Source of the DNA: Squalus acanthias
Taxonomy: Eukaryota
Direction: 5' to 3'
NCBI GenBank assembly: GCA_030390025.1
Contig: CM059432.1
Span: 118,794,001-118,858,000 of the forward strand
DNA length: 64,000 nt
Part shown: positions 47,600 to 60,180 of the stretch, piece after piece
Numbering within the stretch: position 1 is the stretch's first letter
How the letters are laid out: each line of letters begins with the position of its first letter
Made by a program: the position numbers and the translations under genes
Notes under the pieces: generated by a model
Told to the model about the DNA's origin: nothing
Seen by the model: the letters and a program-made list of their open reading frames with translations, nothing else
Databases searched by the model: none

Positions 47600-47785
47600 G
47601 GGGTTAATTTTCAACATGGGCGCCTGAGCAGTAACCTGCCAGAATGGATCGCCTGCCCTTTATCGATCCTGCCTGATTTTTATCCCGTTGATTTCAAAAG
47701 AACATAAATCAGGCGGGTTATGCAACTGCCAGGCAAATGGCTGCACCAGGTAACCACTTGGGCAGTAAAGTTGTAAACTATCCCC
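47600..47785. mobile_element. Short palindromic MITE
   Basis: Ends GGGGTTAATTTTCAAC / GTTGTAAACTATCCCC. Inner arms cctgcctgattt / aaatcaggcggg. Confidence 0.6.
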
Positions 47786-48099
47786 ACAGAATCTGTGCCG
47801 TCTGGAATGGAACATACCTGATCATTCCTCTTCCTAGCTCAGGAGCGCGGCACACTATTGTAGTGCCCCAACAACTACCCTGGCGGAGATCTGAGACGAA
47901 ACCTGGAACCCTCTCAGATATGTCTTTGCTTATTAGGTCATCACGGTAGCTGAAAAGTTCAAATCAATTGAAACAAAAATGTTTAAGTTGCAGCATAAGA
48001 TTGTGGCACATCTCAGGCCAACCTTAATTTGGAAAATGATCTGGGGATTTTCGACGGCTGCTCGCTGGTTGTGACCCTTTGTTTAAGAGGTACTGGACA

Positions 48100-48570
48100 A
48101 CATCACCAGAATGAAACCGGGGCTTAGAGTGTTAAATTATGAGGATAGGTTAAATCAACTTGACATGCATACCCTTGAATATAGAAGATTTAGGGGTGAT
48201 CTATTCACGATGTTTAAAGTGTTAAAAGGATTTGATAGGGTAGATACAGAGAATCTATTTCCCCTGGTGGGGGAATCCAGAACGAGGGGGACATAACCTT
48301 AAAATTAGAGCCAGGCCATTTAGGAGGGAAATCAGGAAGTACTTTTTCCACACAAAGGGTAGTAGAAATCTGGAATTCTCTCCCCCAAATGTCTGTGGAT
48401 GTTGGGATAATTGGAGCGTTCAAGACTGAGATCAATTGATATTTGTTAGGTGAGGGTATCAAGGGATTTGGATCGAAAGCAGGTAAATGGAGCTGAGGTA
48501 CAGATCAGCCATGATCTAACTGAATGGCGGAGCAGGCTCAAGGGGCTGAATGGCCCACTCCTGCTCCTAT
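48100..48570 (+). mobile_element. CR1 LINE 3' fragment
   Basis: LNYEDRL..RRFRGDL..LFPLVGESRTRG followed by the 3' UTR. Confidence 0.88.
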
Positions 48571-50208
48571 AACACCTGTGATTCATGTGGAAAAAATAGC
48601 AAAGTGGACACCAGTAACAAGCAGCTCAACACACAATCAGAAGCTCCAATTACGAAGCATTCAAGTTCAGCGGCCTCCAGAAACATTTTTGGTTTCACAT
48701 TTCAGTTCATTTGCATTTGATGAACAACAGCTGTTATCAGAAAATTGAAACCGATTTGTCTGGAATAAATTAATTTAAACGGAATGTTTACCGAGGACTT
48801 AGACTAGTGTAAACTGTTAAAACATTTAATTGATAAGATTAAAAAGAAAAAGAATTCTTGATTTTTAAAATGCCTTGTCATCAGTATGAGCTAAAAGCAT
48901 ATAATTTAATAAACTTGAGCAATCTAACTACGATGTGATTATTATATTTTTAACCTTCTCCCATGCCCCCTATCCAATTATCTTCCGTCCTCTGTTAAAG
49001 GGGTGGACTCCTTGCTGTGTGACAAAAACGTCTTTCCCTTGAGTGTAATAACCTCATGCCTAAAATTATATGGTGCTGCTTTCAATCTTCTCCCTGCCTG
49101 GTGACAGCCACAGGCCCCTTTAACAAACTTTGTTCGACAAATAAGCAAATATGATTCACTCAGATTGGCGAAGCAGCTGCAGGAAATCAAATCGTGCCCG
49201 ATGTTCAAGAAGACCACATCGAGCATTGTAAATTAAATTAAATATATTGCGTAAATTAGGTGAAAGCAGTGATAACAGAATCATGAACGCAGTGTGAGAC
49301 ATTTTGAGAGCCACAATAGAAACTAGATCCAGACAGACTAAAAAGGTGCATAGCAAGCAGGTGTCAGACTCTTGTACCTCCTCCACTACATGAGCTGGGT
49401 TAATAGTGTCCAGGCTCATTTGATTTGGGTCCCTTACATTTGGTGGGACAGAAGGGACTTTCAATCTCTATAAATGGCAGGATTGACAGCAATGTACCTT
49501 TTTAATGAAAGCGACTGCAGTCTATTTTTTTCAGATTGCATCCATCCCTCCACACTGGGACAACTATACAAATATTTTAGCAATGAAGCGCCTCCTTATC
49601 ATTGTATCTCCAGCCAGTCCCTCATTAAGTGAGTAGTGTCCTGTAATTCTTGGCATGCGAGCAGGAAATGACTGTACATAAAGAAAAAGCCTATTGGGAA
49701 TATCAAAGTTTGCAGCAGAATTGATGACAAATGTTACTGCAGCACTGTTTTGGCACAGTTTCATAGAGTTGGTCTGGCTGTGCATTCTCCATTGATCCTC
49801 CTAGATTATAATCATTATTAAATGCATCATTCTCTCACTGCTGTATGACAGCCTTAGTGGATCAGATTTTCTTGGCACTGCACGATCTAATTTCATGGCA
49901 CACGCACAACATCAAGCTGACAGTCCATAGTAGCTACACCTATCTGTGACTTCCTGCGTGAAATCAAATCAAGTCAAATGCCATAAAAAATACCAAGCTG
50001 GGAAATCCAGTCCAACAGTGAGGCAAATTAGTCGATGTAATACGAGTTCAGATATTTCCTCATTTACTAGCATTGCTGTACCCAAGTCATTTAGTTGAAT
50101 CCAATAGGCTTATGAAAGACCTGAAGCAGCTCCACATTTATTTACACCCATTTTTCAATGATACTGTATATATTTAAAATTACTTCAGGGAAGGAAGGAA
50201 AACACTTT

Positions 50209-50871
50209 GGGCTGGATTTTGATAGTGGGGCGGGTTGGGGTTGTGTCATCCGCTTTTCGTGTTATCCACCCGACTGCAGTTGGATGTGGGAGATTGATGC
50301 AATTTTCACCTAATTGGGCAATTGAGTTCCAGCATGTGGGAACCCATGACCCAATTAGTGTTTTCAGTCTGAAAGTCGCCTCTGATGATGTCATCATTGC
50401 TGCTGTATTGAAGGTTAGAGACTGCCTGGCCTTTGCTGTGAGAGGACCTGGATGCAAAATGAGCAGGAGAGAGAGAGAGAGAGAGTGAGAATTTTTTTTG
50501 CACCACCACTCCCAGATATGGCTCCTCCATCCCAGATGCCAGCCCAGTCACTGATAGTCAGCTATCCAAATGTGCTCCCACCAGGTTTTACAATCGTGTT
50601 TCAGAACAGGCGTGCTTCACGGAGAACAAGGGTTAAAATCACAAAGACCTTTCAAAATGGCATTATAGAGCCAAATTAGTGCTTGTTAAGAGCCTTAACA
50701 GCCTATCCCGCCTCTTAGAGGCGGGACGGAGTCGGAACCAGCAGACACGATTTAATGAAAATTGCGTGGAGGCGGGATGGAGGCGGACTTGTGCCCGCCT
50801 GCCAGTTTTTGCAATTTTAACCCCCCACACGCCTCCAAACCCGCCTCCACGGGTCAATGAAAATCCAGCCC
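50209..50871. mobile_element. Complete non-autonomous Harbinger element (MITE)
   Basis: 12-bp TIRs GGGCTGGATTTT / AAAATCCAGCCC. TTT TSD (50206-50208 / 50872-50874). Confidence 0.88.
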
Positions 50872-51129
50872 TTTATTTCTGTTAATATTAGCCGATTAAG
50901 GGCAGCACTAACAAAATACATTGTTTAAGCTGTGCCTGCTCTGCTGGGGTGCTTTTGGCACAACTTGGGAAGTGCCGGGAGTGCTTGATATCCTTTGAAA
51001 AGAAATGTTCAAACTTTAACCTGGTCACTATAATAGCATAAGCAAATCACCTGTAACATTCAAAATCCAGAAACACTGGAAAACCAACCCTTGGAACTGG
51101 ATGAAGCCAATTAGCAACTTAGTTTAAGG

Positions 51130-51768
51130 GATGTGGGGGGTGGTGCGATCAGATAGCGCCAGATTGCCAGCATGAATTGGGCGCAGGGTGTGATCCCCGC
51201 ACCTCGAACAGGTAGGCTGGAGGGGCACCTGATATTGGGCCTCAGGCCTCATTTAAATTAGATTGACGAACTGTGGGTGCCTGCTGTGCATATCCAGGCA
51301 GCTCGCTGGTGAAGCCGATTTAAATTCAGGGCCGCTGCGTGACTGGCAGTAGCCATCGGGTAGGTCCTGGGAGGGGGTGGGGAGGCAAACAGCAGGGGGC
51401 TCTGCAGGGCCTGGCAATGGTCTCCCGGACTGTTCTGGAGCTGGAAGGAGCACTCCCTTTAAGGACCGCTAGTTAGGCCGCATGTAGGCTTGGTTATCCT
51501 GAATGCAGTTGGCACCGGGAGGGGCAGCCTAATTTAAGGAAGGGGTCCTGAAACAGGTGTTAGGCCCCCTATTTGTACATTCAAAGGGCCTCACGCCTGT
51601 TTCAGGTGTGGGCTCTGGAGGCCTGTACTTCAGCCTGTAATAATATGGCAGGACAGCGCAGTTCCGGTGGGGAACATGCAAAATGTGCGCCCGCTGCCCG
51701 GCCTATTGGCCTCTTAGATGCTGTTTTATGCCTGTAAAACTGGTGTGGTGTCAACAAATTTCTAGGCC
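51130..51768. mobile_element. Probable Harbinger-type MITE remnant
   Basis: GC-rich island ending AAATTTCTAGGCC. cctcatttaaat and ctccctttaag motifs shared with other elements here. Confidence 0.45.
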
Positions 51769-54139
51769 GCGATTCCCGGCTCCATACTGAAGAGCAAGTC
51801 AGTGAAGGCAGAGGACAAAAACAAGTAAATTATGCAAAAGAGAAATGTGATTACAATAGTTGACTCCAATCGAGGGAAGACATATATAAAATGAAAGTTA
51901 GAAGAGTGAAAACACATGAGGCTGCAGAATCTTCATGTTACTTATGTGGCAGTGACAATCGGCAGGGCATGTTGGGGTTGCAGCCTAAACACATACAAAA
52001 AACTGAATTGGACTACAATTTGCTGCGGTCTACATATTGAACTATATGTTGCTATGACAACAGGTTCTCAGAATAGCATTTTTAGCATATGAAGAATAAA
52101 TAAAAAAGATACAAAATCTTACTTCATGTGACTTATGTTTACTTTCAAAATAATTTACTTCAGGAATAACAAAAAAAAACTTCAGAATTAAAAGGGTGAA
52201 CAAAACCAACTTCTTTGTGAGACAGCATTTTGCTAATATTATTGAGAAGAAAGATATTTGAATCTTTACCGGAAGATGTTAAAAACCAGAAGTATATGTT
52301 TTCTAATATTTAAAGCACTGATGTTTGATACAATGCTTGATAGAAATGGGGGATGAAGAACACAATAATAATATTCTAATATTTACTATAACACTAAACT
52401 ATGTGGGCAGGTGACGAGATTTAGGGTGCAATTGTATTGCAGCTTTGTTTGTCAAAGCAAAGTAGTTTTGGATGCAAAAGTGACAGGTTAATTCAGGGGA
52501 TGATCAAGCACATTAAACCTGTGAGAATTGAGGCCCTCTCGAAGAGATCATCTCACACTGGTTTGAATTTGTACCAAGGCAGGTATTACACCATCCTAAT
52601 CAAAGGATTCTGAACCAAGTAACCAGATGAGATAGGAATGGTAGATACATTTTAGGGTAGATAAATGTAAGGTTATGCACAGCTGAAAAGAAGAGTTTGC
52701 TAGTGTTGCACTGTTGTTAGCTACTTTATAAACCGTAACCATAATCCTAACCACGGTCCTGACTACCACCTTCAGTCAAGTCTGATGAGTCTTGTCCTCA
52801 CTTCACTACAAATATAAACACCAACACCAAATGCAGAACAAACATCAAATATATCAAACATCTCAATTCCATCTGTATCTAACAGTAAACAGAAATAATT
52901 ATGGATCACCCTTGAGCAAGCCCTGAGTGACTGTCTTGTGTGCACGTTTCCCAATCCTAGTGCTCCTACGAAGCGCTTCCCCAGTGGCTACAGCTTGGGA
53001 GCTGGAAGGCTGCTGAGCTTCTATTACTGAGGACCGTGGTGAGCGACCTCAAGGAGCTCTGGGCTTTGAGGGTCTGGCTGCAGACTACAGCTTCTCGGCG
53101 TGGGCTGGGGCAGTCTGGCTCTGTGGCACTAACGAGGAAACTGGCGGAGTGGGTGGTGAGGGAGCAGGCATGCTGTTATCCTGAGACAGAACAGCAAGTT
53201 CCTTTCCCATACAGCCAAGGCCAGTCTCCTGTGACAGTGACTCAGCACTCCTGCAGCTCTGTGCGAGAACCAGAGTGAAAAAATATTGTGAAACTGTGGG
53301 AGCGAAGCCCCTGTCAACAGTGGACCTCAAAGTCAACATGGCAGCCATATGAGCTTTCATGGCAGCTTTGAGAGCTGTCAGGAGAGGCTCATTAATAGTG
53401 AGCGTCACTATTGTGTTGATGGAGGTCACCACTCAGTCTGTGTTGGACAGAATGGTCTCCATGCTCTGCATGAATCCTTGACATAAGTTTGACGTGGACT
53501 CCTCCATGCTCTGTGACATTGTGCACCTAACATTTCCCACCAACCTTCTTTGGTAGGCTGGGCACTGAAAGTCAACATTTGAGTACTCTGCAGGAGAGCT
53601 TGTATGGGATTTCACCCTCTGGCGAGCTAGCACCTGTGGCGCCCTATCCCCCTGCCCTAGCTCCAAGCATATGTGGCTAGTGGTTCACCACATGAGAACC
53701 CTTCCTTGAGCTTAGCCTCTAAAGTGCACATGGTGCCAGCTTCTGAGCTGTTGCTTGCGAGGGTCAGATCGAGTGACAATGCATCTTAAGAAAGGCTGGC
53801 CTCCTCTTCCTCTACTTGAAATGAAAGAGGGGGACAAGGGTTAGTTTTTAGTGTGAAGGGAGAGCAGACAGAGAAGTGGCTGGTGAAAACATCTCCATTT
53901 TGTTATGCAGAATGTGTAGGGTGAGATAGAAATAAGAAGGGGTAAAGAGGATATGGTGTGAAGAAACCCTGTGCGATATCTCTTCCAGTATTGCCAGTCA
54001 CCACAGCATGCGGCTGACCCTGCCTGTGATGGCCAGCACGCTCACTTCAACGGGTGTGCAGGCGGCCTCGGCCTCCTCTGCTGGAAGTGTGCTGTCTGAA
54101 GTTGTGTATGACCTAATACTGCAAGGAAGAAGGAAGTGT

Positions 54140-54738
54140 ACATAAGAACATAAGAACATAAGAAATAGGAGCAGGAGTAGGCCATTTGGCCCCTCGAGCC
54201 TGCGCCACCATTCAATAAGATAATGGCTGATCTTCTACCTCATCTCCACTTTACTGCACTATCCCCATATCCCTTGATTCCCTTAGTATCTAAAAATCTA
54301 TCAATCTCTGTCTTGAATATACTCAACGCTGAGCCTCCACAGCCCTCTGGGGTAGAGAATTCCAAAGATTCACCACCTTCTGAGTGAAGAAATTTCTCCT
54401 CATCTCAGTCCTAAATGGCCGACCCCTTATTCTGAGACTGTGACCCCTGGTCCGAGACTCTCCAGCCAGGGGAAACATCCTCCCTGCATCTACCCTGTCA
54501 AGCCCTGTAAGAATTTTGTATGTTTCAATGAGATCACCTCTCATTCTTCTAAACTCTGGAGAATATAGGCCTCGTCTACTCAATCTTTCTTAATAGGACA
54601 ATCCCCCCATCCCAGGAATCAGTGTGGTGAACCTTCATTGCACTTCCTCTATGGCAAGTATATCTTTCCTTAGGAAAGGAGACCAAAACGGTACACAATA
54701 CTCTCACCACTGCCCTATATAATTGCAGTAAGACATCT
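54140..54738 (-). mobile_element. CR1 LINE 3' fragment
   Basis: (CATAAGAA)3 tail; RRMRGDLIETYKIL..FFTQKVVNLWNSLP. Confidence 0.92.
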
Positions 54739-55375
54739 TGGGGGCTAAATTCGGTTGATTTGTGCCTCCCGTTAGCCCCAATCAACTAGTGCCTGGGCGC
54801 GGCACCGCTAACGCCTCCTGCGAAAATCAGCGAAATGACATAATCACCGTGCGCTGTGCCCCGCTCGCGCCCCGGCTGCAATATTGGGTGGCGCCGGATG
54901 GTATGTTACCCCTCACCAGAAGTGTGCTGGTGCCAGTCTTGTGAGGTGTTTAAAGATCACGCCTTTCATAGTGGAATAGCTGGTATGCAATGTGTCAGAT
55001 GTGAGATGTGGGGAAGTGAGGGTTGCTATAATGGTCATGTGTAAGTGTGAGGAGAAGGAGGTGTAGTGAAGTGTGGTGCAGTGATTGTAGGAGAGTAAGG
55101 GAATGCAGGGGAGGGGACTATTGTGAGTAGTGAGGGGTAAGAGCATTATTCTTACCTTGACATATCTGGAGAGGCCATTGAACTTATTCAGGCATTGCAG
55201 CCATGTCTTTGGAGCTAAGCTCCTGGCGTTGACCTCCTCAGCGACCTCTTCTCACTGGTGGCAGGTTTGTTGCCTTGAGGACTTTCTTCCCCCTGGGGCG
55301 GGGGGGAAAGGATGTTCTCCTCCTGTTCACTACTTGCACCAGGGTCTCCAGCAACAACAACAGCTTGCACTTATA

Positions 55376-56273
55376 CAAAAGCAAAGTTCTGCGGATTCTG
55401 GAAATCTGAAATAAGAACAGAAAATGCTGGAAATACTCAACAGGTCAGGCAGCATCTGTGGAGAGAGAAACAGAGTTAATGTTTCAGGTCGATGACCTTT
55501 CATCAGAACTGGAAAAAGTTAGAGATGTAACAGATTTTAAGCAAGTGCAGGGACAGGGAAAGGGGGGAAGGAGGAAACAATAAAAGGGAAGGTCTGTGAT
55601 AGGCTGGAAGGTAGGAGAGATTAAATGACAGAAGGGATGATGGTAATGGGACAAGTTAAGAAACAAAAGATGGGTCTAGAGGAGGTGTAAATGGGAATAG
55701 CAGAATCATCAGCAACAGCTGCCATCTGAAAAAATGGGGGCAGAGGTTATAGTCTGAAATTGTTGAGCTCAATTTTGAGTCCAGAAGGCTGTAAAGTGCC
55801 CAATCGAAAGATGAGGTGCTGTTCCTCAAGCTTACGCTGAGCTTCATTCTAACAGTGTAAGAGGCCGAGGACAGAGAGGTCAGAGTGGGAGTGGGGCGGA
55901 AAATTAAAATGGCAGGCGACCACAAGCTCAGGGTCATGCTTGCGGACTGAATGGCGGTGTTCCGCAAAGCGGTCACCCAATCTATGTTTGGTCTCCCCAA
56001 TATAGAGGAGACCGCATCGTGAGGCCCGCATACAGTATACTAAATTGAAAGAAGTATAAGTAAATCGCTGTTTCACCTGGAAAGAGTGTTTGGGGCCCTG
56101 GATGGTGGGAAGGGAGAAGGTAAAAGTGCAGGTGTTGCATCTACTGCGATTGCACGGGAAGGTGCCATTGGAAGGGGAGGGGTTGTTGGGGGTGATTGAG
56201 GAGTAGACCAGTGTGTCGTGGAGGGAGCGGTCCCTTCGGAATGCTGAAATGGGAGGGGAGGGGAAGAAAAATA
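55376..56273 (-). mobile_element. Penelope-like retroelement 3' part: Cys-rich linker + GIY-YIG endonuclease + pLTR
   Basis: FPCNRSRCNTC..NLVYCM..CGLLYIGETKHRLGDRFAEH..VACHFN. pLTR with hammerhead motif. 11-bp TSD ttgcacttata / ttgcatttata (55365-55375 / 56274-56284). Confidence 0.9.
55474..55510 (-). ncRNA. Minimal hammerhead ribozyme motif in Penelope pLTR (stem III mutated)
   Basis: Minus strand AGTT-CTGATGA-A-AGGTC-ATC-GACCT-GAAA-CA-TT-AACT. The sister copy near 60000 keeps the palindromic AACGTT. Confidence 0.68.
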
Positions 56274-56889
56274 TTGCATTTATATAGCACATTTAATGTA
56301 GCAAAACATTCCAAGGTGCATCACAAGAGCGTTATCCATCAAAATTTGACACCAAGCCACAGAAGGAGTTATCAGGACAGATAACCAAAAAGCATCTTAA
56401 AGGAGGAGAGAGAGGTAGAGAGGCGGAGAGGTTTAGGGAGGGAATTTCAGAGCTTAGGGCCAAGGCAGCTGAAAGCATGACCGCCAATGGTGGAGTGATG
56501 AAAATCGGGAATACGCAAGAGACCAGAATTGGAGTAGCACAGAGATCTCAGAGGGTTGTAGGGCTGGAGGAGGCTACAGAGATAAGGAGGGACAAGGCCA
56601 TGGAGGGATTTGAAAACAAGGATGGGAATTTTAAAATTTAGGCGTTGGTAGCAAGTGTAAAGTCAGCAAGTGTAGGGATGATGGTTGAACAGGACTTGGT
56701 GCGAGTTAAGATGTGGGCAGCAGAATTTTGGATGAGCACAAGTTTATGAAGGGTGGAAGATAGGAGGCCGGCCAGGAGTGCATTGAAATAGTCGAGTCTA
56801 GAGGTAACAAAGCCATGGATGAGGGTCTCAGCAGCAGATGAGCTGAGGCAGGGGCGGAGTTCGACGATGTTACAGAGCTGTAAGTCGAC

Positions 56890-58524
56890 CAGAGGTGGGC
56901 AAAATAAGGCCCGCGCCTGCCAATGGATTCTATCCGGCCCGCGCAGTGGTTTTCAAACTGGGGTCCTAAATTTCACGATATTTTTGGAAGAAAAAATCCG
57001 ATTTGCACATGAGCGAATCACGTATATTTTCCGTGCTTGCACAAAGCAGCGTTTTTTTTTCCAAAATATCCTAAATTTAGGCCTTTCTGGATTCACGAGG
57101 CAAGTCAAGTAGATTTCCTTGGGTTGCTGTTCTAGCTCTTGAATCATGGACAAACATGGCAACATTTTGCACATTTGGTTGGACATTGTTCCCTGTATGG
57201 GTTTGCACACCGTCCCTGACTGAAGCAGAGTGTTAGACTGGAGTATTATTTACTGAGTGGATAATTCATGTACTGAGTTATTATGTAAAACTCGATCGAG
57301 TGGGTTGAGAGGATGCTATTCTCAATTGCATCTATAATGAAACACAATAAAAGATGGGCTTTATCAGGTTACACTTACTTGAAAGTTGAGTCAGTGTGTC
57401 ATCTATACCTATGATGCTGGGCTTGATATAATTTGTGGTTTTCTTAGTAAATCATTTGTCTGTATCATGCATCCATTACGGATTAATCATTGCAGAGTCT
57501 ATTTCTTCTTCTTCAAATGTAGTTTAATTTTGGCACAAGTTAAGTAAGATCTTTTCTCTCTCCCCTTCCCAAGTTCCCTCATTGCTGAGATCCTTACATC
57601 ACAGCAGCAGTTCTAAGGGTTGATTCCACAATCAAGTGGGGAGAGCCGAATTGTGAAGTCATCCCAAGGCAAACCAGTAACATGTTCAGGAACACTCTGC
57701 ATTTATCTTTTGGGCTCTTAGCCAATCAAAACCCTTGTCTATAAGTTGCCATGGTCTAATAAATAAATTTTGCAGAAATCTGTATTTCCTACCTGATTAT
57801 TTTTACTGACATGTAAATTATACTATTGTTTCACCAAATACTTGTGCCTAGTGTACAATATTTCCTCTTTTTTTGGTGCACGGGCCCTTTAACGGGCTGT
57901 GCTGCCCATACAAATGTTTGTGCATGCGCGATTTTCTCACATAAAAGCCGGTACGTGGCATTCGCGGGACTTCCAGAATGCTGGCCGCAGCTTAACGGGA
58001 CCATTACTAGTGTCTGAAGTCTGTGATAATCCCAAGTGTCACTGTTATGCCCTCTGGGTGAATACAGGGTCCAAAATGGTACATCCTGACTTTTGGATTT
58101 GACAATCGAAAATGTTTTTTATTTATTTGTTCTTGGGATGTTGACAACACTGGTAAGAAAACATTTTTTGCCCATTGCTAGTCACGTGAGGGCATAAAAA
58201 GGCAATAACATAGTATGGGACTGGAGTCAGATGCAAATTTTACAGCAGTTGTCAAGTAACTAGTTTTACAGTTTTAATTATGGCATAATAATATCAGTGG
58301 CTAAGATAAGTTTTGGGTAAACCTGTATCATGTTAATTAGCATGTTAATATGTTGTTATTTTTAATAAGTGTGGAAACGACATGAACGGTCCTTTATACA
58401 ATAAATGCCATAACAAATTTTAATGGTAGCTGTTGGTAACACAATTCATTTTATGTGTGCGGCCCTCAACAGCTCACCAAAACTTGTTAAGTGGTCCTCC
58501 AGCACAAATAATTGCCCATCCCTG
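56890..58524. mobile_element. Non-autonomous hAT (Charlie-like) element, 1.6 kb, inserted in L2
   Basis: TIRs CAGAGGTGGGCAA / TTGCCCATCCCTG, subterminal ggcccgcg repeats, and a decayed 8-bp TSD aagtcgac / atgtggcc. L2 rejoins across it. Confidence 0.75.
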
Positions 58525-59940
58525 ATGTGGCCGGTCTAGATGATGGAGCAGATATGTGCTCGGAAGCTCATCTCAGGGTCAAACACAACAGCAAGATTGC
58601 GAACGGTCTGGCTCAGCTTCAGACATTTGCCAGGGAGAGGGATGGAAACGGTGGTCAGGAAACGGGGTTTGTGGCGAGGACCAAAGTCAATGCCTCCAAG
58701 GCAGCATCAGAGAACATTGGTGCCCTCTCAGTGCTTGCTGTAGCTATTTCTCTATTCACAAGTGTTTCCATTACCTGCAGCCAGAGCGAGTCTCCCCTTT
58801 GAGGTGCTGGCTGCATTTAAGTGGCATCTGAGATGCCCGATATCCAGCCCTCCCCAATAGGCAAGCGGAAAATGAATAGTGTGGGCAGTGCTGGCTGCAC
58901 GTCCGAGTCGTGATAATGAACAGACAGCGTGAATATTACGTGCTGCCTGGGACAACACCAACAGGCACATTCAATTCGCGCCCGCCCTTGCATTCCTGTT
59001 TTGAAAGCTACTGTTTTAGAGCACAACTATTTCTCTCTTACACACACACTCAACTTCTTGAGGGTAAAACAATTACTCTTATTCAGCTGCACAGGAGGTT
59101 TCATTGCGGCCAAGCCAACATTGTTAGTTAGAATATCAGATATGTAGACTGAACCAGTGAGAGAATAGACATTTTCTCAAGAAAGTAAAAGTCACAGGTA
59201 TACTAATGATATAAAAGTAGACATTTATCTGACCCAAATTGCATAAGACAAAAGTATGTGAAGCATATCACTATCTCAGTTCCAAACACAGCTTCTAAAC
59301 AGTAATATTTATCTTTCATTGTTGGAGGTACAAAACACAATTTTAAGCAAAAATGATAGACATTATTATAGCAGTGTGTGGTTAGCCTCCAACAACTAGA
59401 AGAGGACAGAGGCAGATCTTATCGCAGCTTCCTTTAGTTATGGAAATAGTCAGTTGCTGTCAGGTCACAGTCTTAGAACAATTTGCAAAACCTTTTCAAT
59501 GGGTTAGGCAAGTCGTGAGTTTAATTTTATGCATTAAACTTCATCCAGAACAAGACATCATGATACTTTGGGTTAATTAATACCTGTGAGAAGTTTTCAT
59601 CAATGTAGTGAGATGTTCAATTCAAACTATTCACTGGTGATACATTTTACAGCATACACACACCCTCAGGCAATACACTCAATGCGCGCGCACACACACA
59701 TACAATACACATATGTGTGCATCTGTCCCTCCCTATCAGTTTGTCAATACCTCTCTTCACTATCGGCTCAGTACAGATATTTTGAGGAGTATAGAACTAT
59801 AAGACTGCAGTTCTCTTTTCTGCTTATATTTTTCTTAGGTAAGCTTCAAATGTCTTTAACGTGAAAATTGTGAGAAACAAGCATTTCTGTGACAATATTT
59901 GATGCTGATCAACTTGCTTCAACAACATTTTAATTGATTG

Positions 59941-60180
59941 CAGAAAATGCTGGAAACACTCAGCAGGTCGGGCAGCCTCTGTAGAGAGAGAAACTGAGTT
60001 AACGTTTCAGGTCGATGACCTTTCGTAGGAACTGGAAAAAGTTAGAGACGTCTCTAACTCTCAGCAACCCAAAACTTTAGCTGTTTCTCTCTCCACAGAT
60101 GCTGCCTGACCTGCTGAGTGTTTCCAGCATTTTCTGTTGTTATTTCAGATTTCCAGCATCTGCAGTATTTTTCTTTTATT
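59941..60180. mobile_element. Inverted Penelope pLTR pair with degenerate hammerhead
   Basis: Arms 59941-59993 / 60082-60136. Same family as 55376-55530. Perfect 20-bp palindrome AGTTAGAGACGTCTCTAACT at 60040-60059. Core mutated to CCTACGA. Confidence 0.8.

Larger units (their letters stand above)
55352..58690 (-). mobile_element. L2 LINE 3' fragment, split by a Penelope element and a hAT element
   Basis: (AAC)n tail at 55352. Pieces 56274-56889 and 58525-58690 are colinear with the L2 at 27770-28585. Confidence 0.85.
52960..58985 (-). mobile_element. Second decayed Harbinger (Myb/SANT gene only), fragmented by nested inserts
   Basis: 58747-58688 encodes ATASTERAPMFSDAALEAL. 55352-55157 encodes LETLVQVVNRRR..EEVAEEVNARSLAPKTWLQCLNKFNGLSRYVK, then GTAAG. 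Downstream exons include MSQSMEESTSNL, similar to MQRMEESISNM of the 36-41 kb element. Boundaries approximate. Confidence 0.68.

Noticed and set aside
49327..49360. Possible next NETO1 exon (ag-ATCCAGAC.., DPD); also ATCCTGACTTT at ~58083
   Set aside because: The first has the wrong length/phase and no further similarity. The second has no AG acceptor and lies inside a hAT element.
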